A DNA stretch of 63,966 bases, counting the filler, from Actinomycetota bacterium (lineage in GTDB: Bacteria > Actinomycetota > CADDZG01 > JAHWKV01 > JAOPZY01), in assembly GCA_025963875.1 (NCBI GenBank). It is 6 parts of 6 records of this genome, joined end to end, with 100 filler letters (N's around TTAATTAATTAA, not from the genome) between each part and the next. Parts side by side here need not be neighbours in the genome. Positions count along the whole stretch, not along the records: positions 20,239 to 43,384 come from JAOPZY010000030.1; 5 more parts are not named here. One strand, given 5' to 3'. The notes beneath the pieces are model-generated. The model ran no database searches. It saw nothing but the letters and a program-made list of their open reading frames with translations, and had not been told where the DNA came from. A program made the position numbers and the translations under genes. Below are positions 23,876-33,763 of the stretch, piece by piece (position 1 is the stretch's first letter; every line of letters starts with the position of its first letter).

Positions 23876-26229
23876 GCCAGGGCCGGCTCGGGGGTCTCCA
23901 GGATCTCGTAGAGGGTGCTGCGGCGGGCCCACGGCCTGCCGATCTCGCCGATCAGGGCCTTCATCTCGGGCGGCCCCAGCTCCTGGCCGTGGGAGGCCCC
24001 CGCCGCCCGGGAGATGTTCTCGTTCATGAGGGTGCCGCCCATGTCGTTGCAGCCCGCCTTCAGGGCGAGCTGCGATCCCGTCGTCCCCATCTTCACCCAC
24101 GACACCTGGATGTTCGTGATCCACGGGTGCAGGGCCAGGCGGGCAACCGCATGGATCTTCAGGGCCTCCTCGAAGGTCGGCCCCTGCCGGGCCTTGCCCT
24201 TCAGGTAGATCGGCGCCCCCATGTGCACGAAGGGCAGCGGGACGAACTCGGTGAAGCCGCCGGTGTCCTTCTGGATGTCCCGCAGCACGCCCAGGTGGCG
24301 GGCCCAGTTCCGGTAGCCCTCGACGTGGCCGAACATGATCGTGGTGGTCATCGGCAGGCCGAGACCGTGGGCGGTGCGGGCGACCTCCGACCACTGGGCC
24401 GTGTTGACCTTGTCCGGGCAGATGATCGCCCGGATCTCGTCGTCCAGGACCTCGGCGGCGGTGCCCGGCAGGCTTCCGAGGCCGGCGTCCTTCAACTCCC
24501 ACAGGAAGTCCCGGATGCTGACGCCCTTGGTCGCCGCCCCCTGCCAGACCTCGAGGGGGCTGAAGGCGTGGACGTGCATCGACGGCACGGCATTCTTCAC
24601 CGCCTTCACCACCTCGACGTAGAAGTCGCCGGTGAATTCGGGGTGGATCCCGCCCTGCAGGCAGACCTCGGTGGCGCCCTTCAGCGCCGCCTCCCGCGTC
24701 CGGGTGGCGATGTCCTCCAGGCTGAGCAGGTAGGGGTCGCCCCGGAGGTTGAGCGACTTCGGTCCCTTCGAGAAGGCGCAGAAACCGCACCGGAAGTAGC
24801 ACATGTTGGTGTAGTTGATGTTGCGGTTGACGACGAAGGTCACCGTGTCCCCGCAGATCTCCCGGCGCAGCTCGTCGGCGGCCCCCGCCACCGCTTCGAT
24901 CTCGGGGCCCCGAGCCGCCAGCAGGCTGACGATGCCGTCCTCGTCGAGCTCCTCCCGTGAGCGTGCCCGGTCGAGGGCTCGCTGGAAGTCCGGCCGCAGG
25001 CGGACGGCGGCCGAACCGGTCCAGTACGAGGCCGGCACCGAGTTCCCCGGCAGCACGGCCGGCGGCGGGGTCACGTCGCCCGCCCGCCAGCCCGCCTCCC
25101 GGCCGAGGCCCGCGCCGTCGGCCAGCGCCAGCACCTTGGGCCGGACGGGCTTGGACACCCACGACGCGTCGCCGGCGTAGCGGGGGTAGACGGTGAGGCG
25201 GGGAACCAGCAGGAAGCCGGCGCCCTCGGTCACCGCCCGGAGCTGCTCGATCCCGGGCCACGGGGCCTCCGGGTTGACGTGGTCGATCGTCACGGGCGAG
25301 ACGCCGCCCCAGTCGTTGATCCCGGCCTCGAGGTAGCCGGCGAGGTGCTCCGGCGACTCCGCCAGGTTCGGCGGCGCCTGCACGCTCATGTCCGCCCCGA
25401 GGACGAGGCGGGCGAGCGCAACGGTGCCCAGCATCTCGGCGTTGGAGGGCTCCGGGTGGTCGTGCATCGGGGTGCCCGCCTTGGCCCGGAAGTTCTGGAC
25501 GATGACCTCCTGGATGTGGCCCCACCGCTCGTGGGCGTCACGGATGGCGAGCAACGTTTCCGCCCGGTCCTGCCAGGTCTCCCCGATGCCGATGAGCAGG
25601 CCGGTCGTGAACGGCACCTTCCGGCGGCCGGCCTCCTCCAGCATCGCCAGCCGGACGGCGGGGTCCTTGTCCGGCGATCCGTGGTGCGGCATCCCGGGCT
25701 CGCCGAGGCGAGCCGACGTGGACTCGAGCATGATCCCCATCGAGGGGGCGACGTCGCGAAGGCGATCGATCTCGTCGCCCGACAGGATGCCCGGGTTGAT
25801 GTGGGGCAGCAGGCCGGTCTGCTCCAGCACGGCCTTGGCGGCCGCAGTCAGGTACTCGACCGTCGTGGCGTACCCCATGGCGGCAAGCTCGTCCCGGGCG
25901 ATGCGGTATCGCAGCTCGGGCTTGTCGCCGAGGGTGAAGAGGGCCTCACGGCACCCGGCAGCGGCCCCGGCGCGGGCGACATCGAGCACCTCGTCGATGC
26001 TGAGGTAGGCCCGCCGGCCCTCGATGGGCGGCCTCGCGAACGTGCAGTAGTGGCACACGTCCCGGCACAGCTTGGTGAGGGGAATGAAGACCTTGGGCGA
26101 GTAGGTCACGAGATTGCCCCAGCCGGCGTCCCGGGCGGCGGCAGCCGCAGCGAGCAGGTCCGCGTCGGCGGGATCCTTTGCAAGCTGTTCCGCCCACGCC
26201 AGGGCCTGAACCCTCGTCACCACAGGCAT
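23872..26229 (-). CDS. fbiC: FO synthase (fused CofG-CofH radical SAM)
   Basis: Two CxxxCxxC motifs (CRDVCHYC, CYFRCGFC), GINDWGGVSP, GGTLMNENISR. Confidence 0.95.
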   Translation of the reverse strand: MPVVTRVQALAWAEQLAKDPADADLLAAAAAARDAGWGNLVTYSPKVFIPLTKLCRDVCHYCTFARPPIEGRRAYLSIDEVLDVARAGAAAGCREALFTLGDKPELRYRIARDELAAMGYATTVEYLTAAAKAVLEQTGLLPHINPGILSGDEIDRLRDVAPSMGIMLESTSARLGEPGMPHHGSPDKDPAVRLAMLEEAGRRKVPFTTGLLIGIGETWQDRAETLLAIRDAHERWGHIQEVIVQNFRAKAGTPMHDHPEPSNAEMLGTVALARLVLGADMSVQAPPNLAESPEHLAGYLEAGINDWGGVSPVTIDHVNPEAPWPGIEQLRAVTEGAGFLLVPRLTVYPRYAGDASWVSKPVRPKVLALADGAGLGREAGWRAGDVTPPPAVLPGNSVPASYWTGSAAVRLRPDFQRALDRARSREELDEDGIVSLLAARGPEIEAVAGAADELRREICGDTVTFVVNRNINYTNMCYFRCGFCAFSKGPKSLNLRGDPYLLSLEDIATRTREAALKGATEVCLQGGIHPEFTGDFYVEVVKAVKNAVPSMHVHAFSPLEVWQGAATKGVSIRDFLWELKDAGLGSLPGTAAEVLDDEIRAIICPDKVNTAQWSEVARTAHGLGLPMTTTIMFGHVEGYRNWARHLGVLRDIQKDTGGFTEFVPLPFVHMGAPIYLKGKARQGPTFEEALKIHAVARLALHPWITNIQVSWVKMGTTGSQLALKAGCNDMGGTLMNENISRAAGASHGQELGPPEMKALIGEIGRPWARRSTLYEILETPEPALA

Positions 26230-26334
26230 CCGGGGACACTACCACCGCGGTGACGCGAGAACAGGTGCACCCCCGGATGCTTGCCCGTTCCCTGGCCGGG
26301 CACGCCCCGCCCCGCAGGACGCTACCCTGACCCC

Positions 26335-27270
26335 GTGGCGGTGACGGCGCTGGCGGGGGGTGTGGGAGCTGCCAAGTTCCTTCGGGGGCTCCTGGCGACC
26401 GTCTCGGCTGCCGAGGTCACCGTCATCGGCAACACCGGCGACGACGCCGTCTTCCATGGCCTCCACGTGAGCCCCGACCTCGACATCGTCACCTACACCC
26501 TGGGCGGCATCGTCGACGCCACCAAGGGGTGGGGGGTGGCGGGCGACACCCGCAACGCCCTCGACCAGCTCGGCCGCCTGGGCATCGACACCTGGTTCTG
26601 GCTCGGCGACAAGGACTTCGGCACCCACATCGCCCGCACGATGTGGCTGGCCGAGGGCGTGGCCCTGTCGGCGATCGCGGAGCGGATCCGGGTGGCGCTC
26701 GGCGTCGGCGCTCGCATCCTGCCGATGAGCGACGACCAGGTCCGCACCCGATTCGTCACGACGGCGGGGACCGAGCTCGAGTTCCAGGACTACTTCGTGC
26801 GCCACCACCACGCCGAGGAGATCGCGTCGGTGAGCTTCGAGGGCGCTGCGGCCGCCCGGCCGGCCCCGGGGGTCGTCGAGGCCATAGAACAGGCCGAGCG
26901 CGTGATCATCTGCCCCTCGAACCCCGTCGTCAGCATCGGGCCCATCCTCGCGGTGCCGGGCATCCGGGAGGCCCTGCGCTCGGCCCGCCACAAGGTCGTC
27001 GCGGTCTCCCCCATCGTCGAGGGGGCGGCCCTGCGCGGGCCCGCCGCCCGCCTGCTCCCGGTCGTGGGGGCCGAGGCCAGCGCCTCCGGCGTCGCCGGGC
27101 TCTACGCGGACATCTGCGCCACGTTCGTCGTCGACCGCCGCGACGCCGGCGAGGTGGCGAGGATCGAGGCACTCGGTCTGCGGCCGGTGCTGCTGGAGAC
27201 CGTCATGGAGACCCCCGACGTCGCCGCGGCGCTGGCGAAGGAGATCCTCGCCCTCGACCTCGACGGATGA
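26335..27270 (+). CDS. cofD: 2-phospho-L-lactate/phosphoenolpyruvate transferase
   Basis: Motifs LAGGVGAAKF, NTGDD, SPDLD, FQDYFV, PSNPVVSIGPIL. Confidence 0.95.
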   Translation: MAVTALAGGVGAAKFLRGLLATVSAAEVTVIGNTGDDAVFHGLHVSPDLDIVTYTLGGIVDATKGWGVAGDTRNALDQLGRLGIDTWFWLGDKDFGTHIARTMWLAEGVALSAIAERIRVALGVGARILPMSDDQVRTRFVTTAGTELEFQDYFVRHHHAEEIASVSFEGAAAARPAPGVVEAIEQAERVIICPSNPVVSIGPILAVPGIREALRSARHKVVAVSPIVEGAALRGPAARLLPVVGAEASASGVAGLYADICATFVVDRRDAGEVARIEALGLRPVLLETVMETPDVAAALAKEILALDLDG

Positions 27271-27998
27271 GCCACGCCGACTCCGCCGCCGCCGGGCCCG
27301 TCGTCCTGCTGCCGATCGTGGGGATCCCGGAGGTCGCCCCCGGAGACGATCTCGGCGACCTCATCGTCGAGGCGGCCACCGCTTCGGGCATCGACATGAC
27401 CAGCGACGACGTGCTCGTCGTCACCCACAAGATCGTGTCCAAGGCGGAGGGCAGGATCCTGGAGGTCGACCCGGACGACGTCGATGCCCGGCACATGGTC
27501 GCCGAGATGGAGGCAGCCCGGATCGTTCGCCGCCGGGGGGGCCTGCTCATCGCCGAGACCCGGCACGGCTTCGTGTGCGCCAACGCCGGCGTGGACGCCT
27601 CCAATCTCGAGCCCGGCCAGGTGAGCCTGCTGCCGGTGGACCCCGACAAGTCGGCCCGGCGGCTCCGGGCCAGGGTCCGCCAGCTCACCGGGCACGCCCC
27701 GGCCCTGATCATCACGGACACCTTCGGGCGGGCCTGGCGGGTCGGCCAGACCAACGTCGCCATCGGGGTGGCGGGCATGCTGCCGGTGATGGACTATCGG
27801 GGATCGGTCGACCATTTCGGCGTCGAGCTCAAGGTCACCACCATCGCCATCGCTGACGAGATCGCCGCCGCCGCCGAGCTTGTCATGGGCAAGGCCGACG
27901 GCGTCCCGGCCGCCGTGGCGAGGGGCGTGCGCTACCGGCGGGGCCGGGGCAACGCACGGGCTCTTATCCGCCAGCCGCAGGACGACCTTTTCAGGTGA
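27267..27998 (+). CDS. cofE: Coenzyme F420-0:L-glutamate ligase
   Basis: Motifs KIVSKAEG, ANAGVDASN, DTFGRAWR, ADEIAAAAELVMGK. Confidence 0.95.
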   Translation: MSHADSAAAGPVVLLPIVGIPEVAPGDDLGDLIVEAATASGIDMTSDDVLVVTHKIVSKAEGRILEVDPDDVDARHMVAEMEAARIVRRRGGLLIAETRHGFVCANAGVDASNLEPGQVSLLPVDPDKSARRLRARVRQLTGHAPALIITDTFGRAWRVGQTNVAIGVAGMLPVMDYRGSVDHFGVELKVTTIAIADEIAAAAELVMGKADGVPAAVARGVRYRRGRGNARALIRQPQDDLFR

Positions 27999-28216
27999 CA
28001 CGTACGATCTGCCGCTCACAGGTTCCAGCCTCCGGAGCGGCGGGAATATACCTGGGGCTCCGTGCTTTGTAGAAGTTGTAGACCCGGGTGGGCTGTGTTC
28101 ACAGCCGGGCCTCAGGCGCGCCTCAGCCGGAGGTCATCATCCTAAGGGAATATGCCCGTAGTCCTTTGTGTTCTATTGGGTACAGCATACAAACGAGAGG
28201 CGTGAAAGAGGCAGAG

Positions 28217-29101
28217 ATGGAAACAAACGTGAAGCAACCAAAGACCACGCGCCGGCGCCGGCCTCGCGCCGAGGGCGGCCCCGCTCCCGCGGGCGCCGAC
28301 AGCGTGGGCCAGTTCCTCCATGAAATCGGCCGCTACCCCCTTCTTACCAAGGAGGAGGAGGTCGAGCTGGCTCAGCGGGTGGAAGCGGGTGACACGTCGG
28401 CGAAGGACCGTATGGTCACGTCCAACCTCCGCCTGGTCGTCTCGATCGCCAAGCGCTACCAGGGTCAGATGCCGTTGGGCGACCTCGTCCAGGAGGGCAT
28501 CATCGGGCTGATGCGGGCCGTCGACAAGTTCGACTGGCGCCGCGGGTTCAAGTTTTCCACCTACGCCACGTGGTGGATCCGTCAGGCCATCGGACGGGCG
28601 ATCCAGACCCAGTCGAGGACCATCCGGATCCCGGTGCACCTTGCCGAGCGCGAGTGGAAGGCGTGGGCCGCCGAACGCAGCCTGACCGCCGAGCTGGGCC
28701 GCGAGCCCACCGACGAGGAGGTAGCCGAGGCCGCCCGGATCACCGTCCCCGAGTTGGAGCGGCTTCGCCAGACCGCCCGGATCGTCGCCAGTCTCGACCA
28801 GCCGGTCGAGGAGGGTGGCGAGACCGAACTGGGTGAGCTGGCGGCCTGGGAAGGCCCCGACCTCGAGGAGCAGGTCCACTCGGCGATCGAGGAGGAGTCG
28901 GTCCGCAAGGCCCTCGACCACCTGTGCGACGCCGAGCGGGAGGTCATCCGCCTGCGCTACGGCCTGGACGGCGAGCCGGTCACCCTGCGGGAGGTCGGCA
29001 AGCTGCTGGGCGTCAGCCACGAACGGGTGCGCCAGCTCGAATCTTCGGCACTGGAGCACCTGGCCCGAGTAGCGGAGATCGAGGCCCTTCGGGTCGCATA
29101 A
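28217..29101 (+). CDS. Sigma-70 family (group 2/RpoD-like) sigma factor
   Basis: Motifs NLRLVVSIAKRY, DKFDWRRGFKFSTYATWWIRQ, and region 4 HTH. Confidence 0.93.
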   Translation: METNVKQPKTTRRRRPRAEGGPAPAGADSVGQFLHEIGRYPLLTKEEEVELAQRVEAGDTSAKDRMVTSNLRLVVSIAKRYQGQMPLGDLVQEGIIGLMRAVDKFDWRRGFKFSTYATWWIRQAIGRAIQTQSRTIRIPVHLAEREWKAWAAERSLTAELGREPTDEEVAEAARITVPELERLRQTARIVASLDQPVEEGGETELGELAAWEGPDLEEQVHSAIEEESVRKALDHLCDAEREVIRLRYGLDGEPVTLREVGKLLGVSHERVRQLESSALEHLARVAEIEALRVA

Positions 29102-29120
29102 CCCCGGCGTTTCCTACGCG

Positions 29121-29148
29121 CAAGGCCCCGGCTGACGCCGGGGCCTTG
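29121..29148. terminator. GC-rich hairpin between convergent genes
   Basis: CAAGGCCCCGGC TGAC GCCGGGGCCTTG. Confidence 0.75.
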
Positions 29149-29181
29149 GTTGTTCTGGTGGCGGTCGTGCCGAGCGGGTGG

Positions 29182-29910
29182 CTAGTGGTGGCTACCCTTG
29201 TCCTCCCCGCTCGTGGCCGGCGTGGTGGTGGCGGTCTTGTCGTCGTTGCCATGGTGCTGGGTGGTGTCGTGGTTCCCGCTGTCGTGGTTGTCGCCGTGAT
29301 CGTCCGCGGTCGTTGTGACTCCCGCTGCCTGGGCGGCCACCTTCGCCGTGACGATGGCGGTTGCGCAGGCTGCGTCGGGAGTGCCGCCTGCGGCCACCTT
29401 CGCCGTGACCGCCGTCTTGTCGCGGGCGACCAGCGAGATGAAGGCCCCGTTCTGCTCGCCGGTCAGGCCGAGCGCGTGGACGATCGATGCTGCATAGGCG
29501 ACGCAGTTGCCATGGTTCGGAGTTGCCGAGTCGTCGGCGTCGTCGGCTTCCACCGTGTTCGTGACGCCCTCATCGGCGTCGTTGTCCTCGACCTTCGACG
29601 CCGGCTGGGTCGGCTTGGGCGTCGCGGTGGCGGTCGGAAGGCCGTGGTCCCCATCCGGGCCGGCCTTGACGGTCGAAGTGGCGTTGTGGTCCTCGGGGTC
29701 CGCCACGGTGGGCGTGCTCGTTGCCTCGACAGCAATCTTGGCCTGGGCCGCCCCTGTATTGGACGAGCTCTCGAGCGTGGGGGCGGTCTCGCGGGGGGCT
29801 GCGCCGCCGGTGAAGGCACCCGCCGCGACGAGGCCCCCTGTGGCAAATCCACCCGCGAGCGCAACGACAGTAACCTTCGCAGCAAACGTTCCGAAAAGCC
29901 TTTTGATCAC
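29182..29910 (-). CDS. Secreted Thr/Ala/Asp/His-rich hypothetical protein
   Basis: AGGAGGAG RBS, signal-like N-terminus, NHGNCV motif, His/Asp-rich tail. Confidence 0.7.
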   Translation of the reverse strand: MIKRLFGTFAAKVTVVALAGGFATGGLVAAGAFTGGAAPRETAPTLESSSNTGAAQAKIAVEATSTPTVADPEDHNATSTVKAGPDGDHGLPTATATPKPTQPASKVEDNDADEGVTNTVEADDADDSATPNHGNCVAYAASIVHALGLTGEQNGAFISLVARDKTAVTAKVAAGGTPDAACATAIVTAKVAAQAAGVTTTADDHGDNHDSGNHDTTQHHGNDDKTATTTPATSGEDKGSHH

Positions 29911-30096
29911 GATCTCCTCCTAACTTTCTCGATGTCCTGAGTTAGCGCCGCTCGCCGGCAAAGGGGTACGGGCCCGATTTAACAAGGATTGCCCCTTGCA
30001 AAACTGACTAATAGCCACTACAGTGCCGAGCGTCAGGGGGACCCCCGTATCACCCCCGGCCATCCATGCGGCAGGGGGCTAGCGAAAGGAAGGTGG

Positions 30097-30633
30097 ATGA
30101 GCAGCGCACTGACCCAGCCGGACGAGATCCAGCTCGGCCCGCTCGAGCTGGGCATCCTTGCCGACATTGCCTCAGGGCTGGCCTGTTCCGTCATCCCAGA
30201 CGGGCAGGACGGGTTCGAGGGCATCGCGCCGCAGGGCGGCGACCTGCGGCGCTTCGCCCGCCTGCTGCACACCCCGGGCTACGAGGCGTGGCTGATCGCC
30301 TGGGAGGCGGCGGCGGACCTCGAGCTGCACGACCACGGCGGCTCCCAGGGTGCCTTTTACGTCGTGGACGGAGCGCTGGTGGAGGCCCATGCGGACCTCG
30401 TGGACCTCGCACCCCTCCAGACGCTCCTGATCGGCGCTGGTGAGGGCCGGGACGTCACCCCGACCCGTGTCCACCGGGTCTGGAATCCGGGGCCGGCACG
30501 TGCGGTGAGCGTGCACGTCTACTCGCCGCCGCTCAGTTCGATGACGTTCTACGACGACCAGCCGGGCACCTTCCTGACGCCGCTGCGGACCGACTTCGTC
30601 GAGGGGGCGCCCGAGCCCGGAGGCGCCCGGTGA
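30097..30633 (+). CDS. Cysteine dioxygenase-family cupin
   Basis: WLIAW, HDHGGS, HRVWN, SVHVYSPPL (3-His thiol dioxygenase pattern). Confidence 0.85.
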   Translation: MSSALTQPDEIQLGPLELGILADIASGLACSVIPDGQDGFEGIAPQGGDLRRFARLLHTPGYEAWLIAWEAAADLELHDHGGSQGAFYVVDGALVEAHADLVDLAPLQTLLIGAGEGRDVTPTRVHRVWNPGPARAVSVHVYSPPLSSMTFYDDQPGTFLTPLRTDFVEGAPEPGGAR

Positions 30634-31022
30634 GGATCCTGGCGGAGCACAGCGGGTCCCGCATCGACGAGGTCCTGGAGCGGGTCCGCTGCCGGCTTCC
30701 CCACCGCCCCTCGGCAGCGGACCTCCCCGCCCTACGGGCACGGGGGGCGTTGATCGTGGACATTCGACCGGTGGAGCAGCGCAACCGGGACGGCGAGCTT
30801 CCCGGAGCCGTCGTCGTCGACCGCAACGTGCTCGAATGGCGGCTCGACCCCACCTCGCCGCACCGCATCCCGGAGGCCGCCGGCGCGGATCAGGTGATCG
30901 TCCTGGTCTGCAACGAGGGCTATGCCTCGAGCCTCGCTGCCCTGTCGCTCCAGAAGCTGGGGCTCGCCAAGGCCACGGACCTGGACGGGGGCTTCCAGGG
31001 TGTGCTCGCCCTGCGCCGCTAG
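30630..31022 (+). CDS. Rhodanese-like sulfurtransferase
   Basis: Motifs IVDIRP, CNEGYAS, DLDGGF. Confidence 0.88.
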   Translation: MRILAEHSGSRIDEVLERVRCRLPHRPSAADLPALRARGALIVDIRPVEQRNRDGELPGAVVVDRNVLEWRLDPTSPHRIPEAAGADQVIVLVCNEGYASSLAALSLQKLGLAKATDLDGGFQGVLALRR

Positions 31023-31041
31023 GGTTCCGTCCTCTCAGCCA

Positions 31042-31527
31042 TCAGGACAGCGGCGTGTCGCCGGCGATCTTGCCGATCGCCTGATCCAGACGGCGTTGAC
31101 GGGTCTCCGGTTTCTTCGCCGAGGCGATCCACGCCGCGTACTCCTTGCGGTGGGTGTAGCCGATGGCCTCGAATCGGGCAGCCGCTTCGGGGAGGGAGCC
31201 CAACGCCGCCGCAAGGTCAGGCGGGACGTCGACGGTGCGCTCCCCCGCGTCCCGCTCCACGGCGACGGCCACCGTGTCGCCGACCGAGGCTCCGGCCTGA
31301 GCCTGCACCAACTTGGTGACGCCGACGCAGAAGGTGCCGTCGCCGAGGGGCATCGTGGAGCCGCGGTAGGCAACGCCGTTGAAGCTCGCCCGCACCGGGA
31401 AGCGCGCCCGGGTGCCGAAGATCTCCGCCGCGGCCGCCGGGAGCCGGACGAACGCCCCACCGCCAGGGCCGGCCTCGATGGGGGCCTCGAAGTCGATCCG
31501 GTCCTGGGAGTGTTCCTTCTGGGCCAT
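31042..31527 (-). CDS. DUF1905 + YdeI/OmpD-associated domain protein
   Basis: Motifs FPVRASFNG, VPPDL, YTHRKEYAAWIASAKKPETRQRR. Confidence 0.85.
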   Translation of the reverse strand: MAQKEHSQDRIDFEAPIEAGPGGGAFVRLPAAAAEIFGTRARFPVRASFNGVAYRGSTMPLGDGTFCVGVTKLVQAQAGASVGDTVAVAVERDAGERTVDVPPDLAAALGSLPEAAARFEAIGYTHRKEYAAWIASAKKPETRQRRLDQAIGKIAGDTPLS

Positions 31528-31654
31528 GGCTAAAACGCTACCAGCGGACCCTCGTCGCTGCGATGGGGGGCGGGCGAGCTTCTGAGAAGAACTGAGGAGT
31601 TTTTTACGCGTATAACTGCACAAAAACTCCTCAGTTCCACGTCGGGACGCTGTT

Positions 31655-32752
31655 TTAGCTGCGCGGCGCGGCGAGGCGGACATCGTGGGCGGAATCGCCG
31701 GCCACGAACTCAAGCAGGCGGCGACCCTCCTCCTCCAGGGCCTGCCGGTCCCGGCCGGAAACCGTCGCCAACGGCTCCACGGTAAGGACAGCTCCGGGCG
31801 CCGGCGTGGTGATCCTCCACGTGGCGGCCAACCGCCCGTCGACGAGGACCGTGCCCAGCCGGCCCCCATTGCCGGGAGGCAGCGGCGGCAGGCGGTCGTG
31901 ATCCAGCACCCGGCTGCGGTCCGCATGTGAGAGCAGCACGTTGTCGTACTCCGGAAGGAAGCGCACGGGTGCGGGCGTATCGGGGTGCGGGCGGGGGGCG
32001 TCGGGGAGGTCCAGCAGTTCCCGGCCGCGCTGGTCGTGAAAGACCCGCAGGCGTGGGCGCATGGGCTCGACGACCTCCCGCAGGCCTGAGAGCCCCGACC
32101 AGCCCGCCATGTCGGCGACCGTGGCCGGGCCGAAGGCCCCGAGGTAGCGAAGGAGGATGCCTTCGACGTCCGGGCGCTGGAGCCCCCGCCCCAGCCATCT
32201 CTCCGCGCTCATCCACGTGGCCTGGCCCCGGCTTCCCCAGATGCCGCGGGGTGGTACCTGGACGAGTGGCACAAGGTACGTCACGGCGTAGGCGAGGGAA
32301 AGGCCGTCGGTTCCGGGTCGCCGCTCCGCGAGGGCCCGGGCCAGCTCGGCGCGGGTCCGGGGCTTCTCTTCCACGAGCGGGATCGCCTCGGCCAGCAAGG
32401 CATCCAGGTCGAGCCCGCGGAGGTTGCGGGCGAACGGGCTTCTGGCGAAGAGGCGCTCCAGCATCGGCTGGACCACCGGGCGCAACGCAGCGAAGTCGGC
32501 GGCCGTGACGAGGTGCACCGTCCCCCGCATGACCGTCGCCCGGACCGCCCGCCGGGTCGTGAGGAGCGTCGCCAGCTCCTCAGTGCGGAAGCCCTCCAGC
32601 CGGCTCCAGAGGCCGACATAGGGAGCGTTGGGGGCCTGGCCCTGCATGCCGACGAGCCGTTCGATGGCCTCCTCGGCCGTCAGCTCCACTCGTTCGAGCA
32701 GCATCTGCCGCTGGAGGGTCGCCCGATTGAGGGCCCGGGGGGCCGAGGACAT
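31655..32752 (-). CDS. HTH_42 winged-helix protein (AlkZ/YcaQ-like DNA glycosylase family)
   Basis: Motifs LNRATLQRQ, GMQGQ, LWSRL, MRGTVH, FLPEYDN. Confidence 0.85.
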   Translation of the reverse strand: MSSAPRALNRATLQRQMLLERVELTAEEAIERLVGMQGQAPNAPYVGLWSRLEGFRTEELATLLTTRRAVRATVMRGTVHLVTAADFAALRPVVQPMLERLFARSPFARNLRGLDLDALLAEAIPLVEEKPRTRAELARALAERRPGTDGLSLAYAVTYLVPLVQVPPRGIWGSRGQATWMSAERWLGRGLQRPDVEGILLRYLGAFGPATVADMAGWSGLSGLREVVEPMRPRLRVFHDQRGRELLDLPDAPRPHPDTPAPVRFLPEYDNVLLSHADRSRVLDHDRLPPLPPGNGGRLGTVLVDGRLAATWRITTPAPGAVLTVEPLATVSGRDRQALEEEGRRLLEFVAGDSAHDVRLAAPRS

Positions 32753-32959
32753 CCATTTGGGATGCAGTTTCGCTTCCTCCGCTCCGTGCCGGCCAGCCTG
32801 CCCGTCGCGGATGGATGACCTGATCGGACTAGGAGAAATAGCCACGCACGATCAACACTTCGGCCCGCGTTCCTCCGATACCAAACCGTAGGCCGAAATG
32901 GCCGGCCGGGCATGCTACGCGGGACCCCGCTGCAACCGCAATCATCGGAGGGAGTCGGA

Positions 32960-33322
32960 ATGGCAGAGGCTTGGGACTGGCGACAGAGCTACCTTGAGTA
33001 CTCCGACACGCGGGAGGACCAGGGCCTGCCGTACCCGATTCCCCAGAGCCCTGGGGTCCCGGCCCCGGCTGCTTTCCCGCCTCCCGCTGCCAGCCAGAGC
33101 GTCCGTGGGCTCAGCATCGCCGCCTTCATCAGCGGCGGGTTGGCTCTGCTGCTCCTCCCGTTCATCCTCGGCCCCCTCGGCATGATCTTCGGGTTCGTCG
33201 CCAAGTCCAAAGGCGACCGGATCGGCAAGTGGGCGGGCCTCATGTCCATCGCCACGACGGTCCTCGGGCTCGTCTTCAGCATCTGGGTGGCCGGCCACGT
33301 GCGTGTGGGCTTCAGGGGCTGA
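32960..33322 (+). CDS. Small membrane protein (DUF4190-like)
   Basis: Pro-rich N-terminus and two TM helices (LSIAAF...GPLGMIFG). GGAG RBS. Confidence 0.7.
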   Translation: MAEAWDWRQSYLEYSDTREDQGLPYPIPQSPGVPAPAAFPPPAASQSVRGLSIAAFISGGLALLLLPFILGPLGMIFGFVAKSKGDRIGKWAGLMSIATTVLGLVFSIWVAGHVRVGFRG

Positions 33323-33344
33323 CCCGCGCGGTTTTGTGGCGCGG

Positions 33345-33737
33345 CTACGCGCCTCCTTTTTGGTCGAGTGGCAGGCTCGCCGCCTGCTCTATGCGCTCGA
33401 AGATGTCGGCGTCCGTTTCCTGTTGCCACTGCGGCAACTCATCCCAGTCGGCCACGTAGGACGGCTTCGGGTCAGGGAAGTGCTTGAAGACCTGGCCGAT
33501 CCAGCACAGGGCGACGAAGCGGCCCTTCTGAGTTCGGCTGAGCTTGGCTGTCTGGCCACCGGTGGCCTCGACGAAGGTGCGGACCTGGTCGTAGACGGCC
33601 GTCGCACTTTCGCGTTCCCAATCGGGAGTCTCCTCCCACGATGCGATGTAGCCGGGCTTTGGCTCGCCGGGGTAGTGCTTCTTGACGCCGGCGATCCACG
33701 CCTCGCGGAAGACCTTCCCCTTTTCGGCCTGCGACAT
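33345..33737 (-). CDS. Hypothetical protein with an internal tandem repeat
   Basis: KPGYIASWEETPDWERE and KPSYVADWDELPQWQQE. Downstream of the Nudix gene. Confidence 0.8.
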   Translation of the reverse strand: MSQAEKGKVFREAWIAGVKKHYPGEPKPGYIASWEETPDWERESATAVYDQVRTFVEATGGQTAKLSRTQKGRFVALCWIGQVFKHFPDPKPSYVADWDELPQWQQETDADIFERIEQAASLPLDQKGGA

Positions 33738-33763
33738 CAGTGGATGTGAGCCGGCACGGGGAA

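Noticed and set aside
29940..30096. Possible SAM riboswitch or Cys-rich leader peptide upstream of the thiol dioxygenase
   Set aside because: Neither the SAM-I/IV consensus nor a Cys-rich short ORF could be found.
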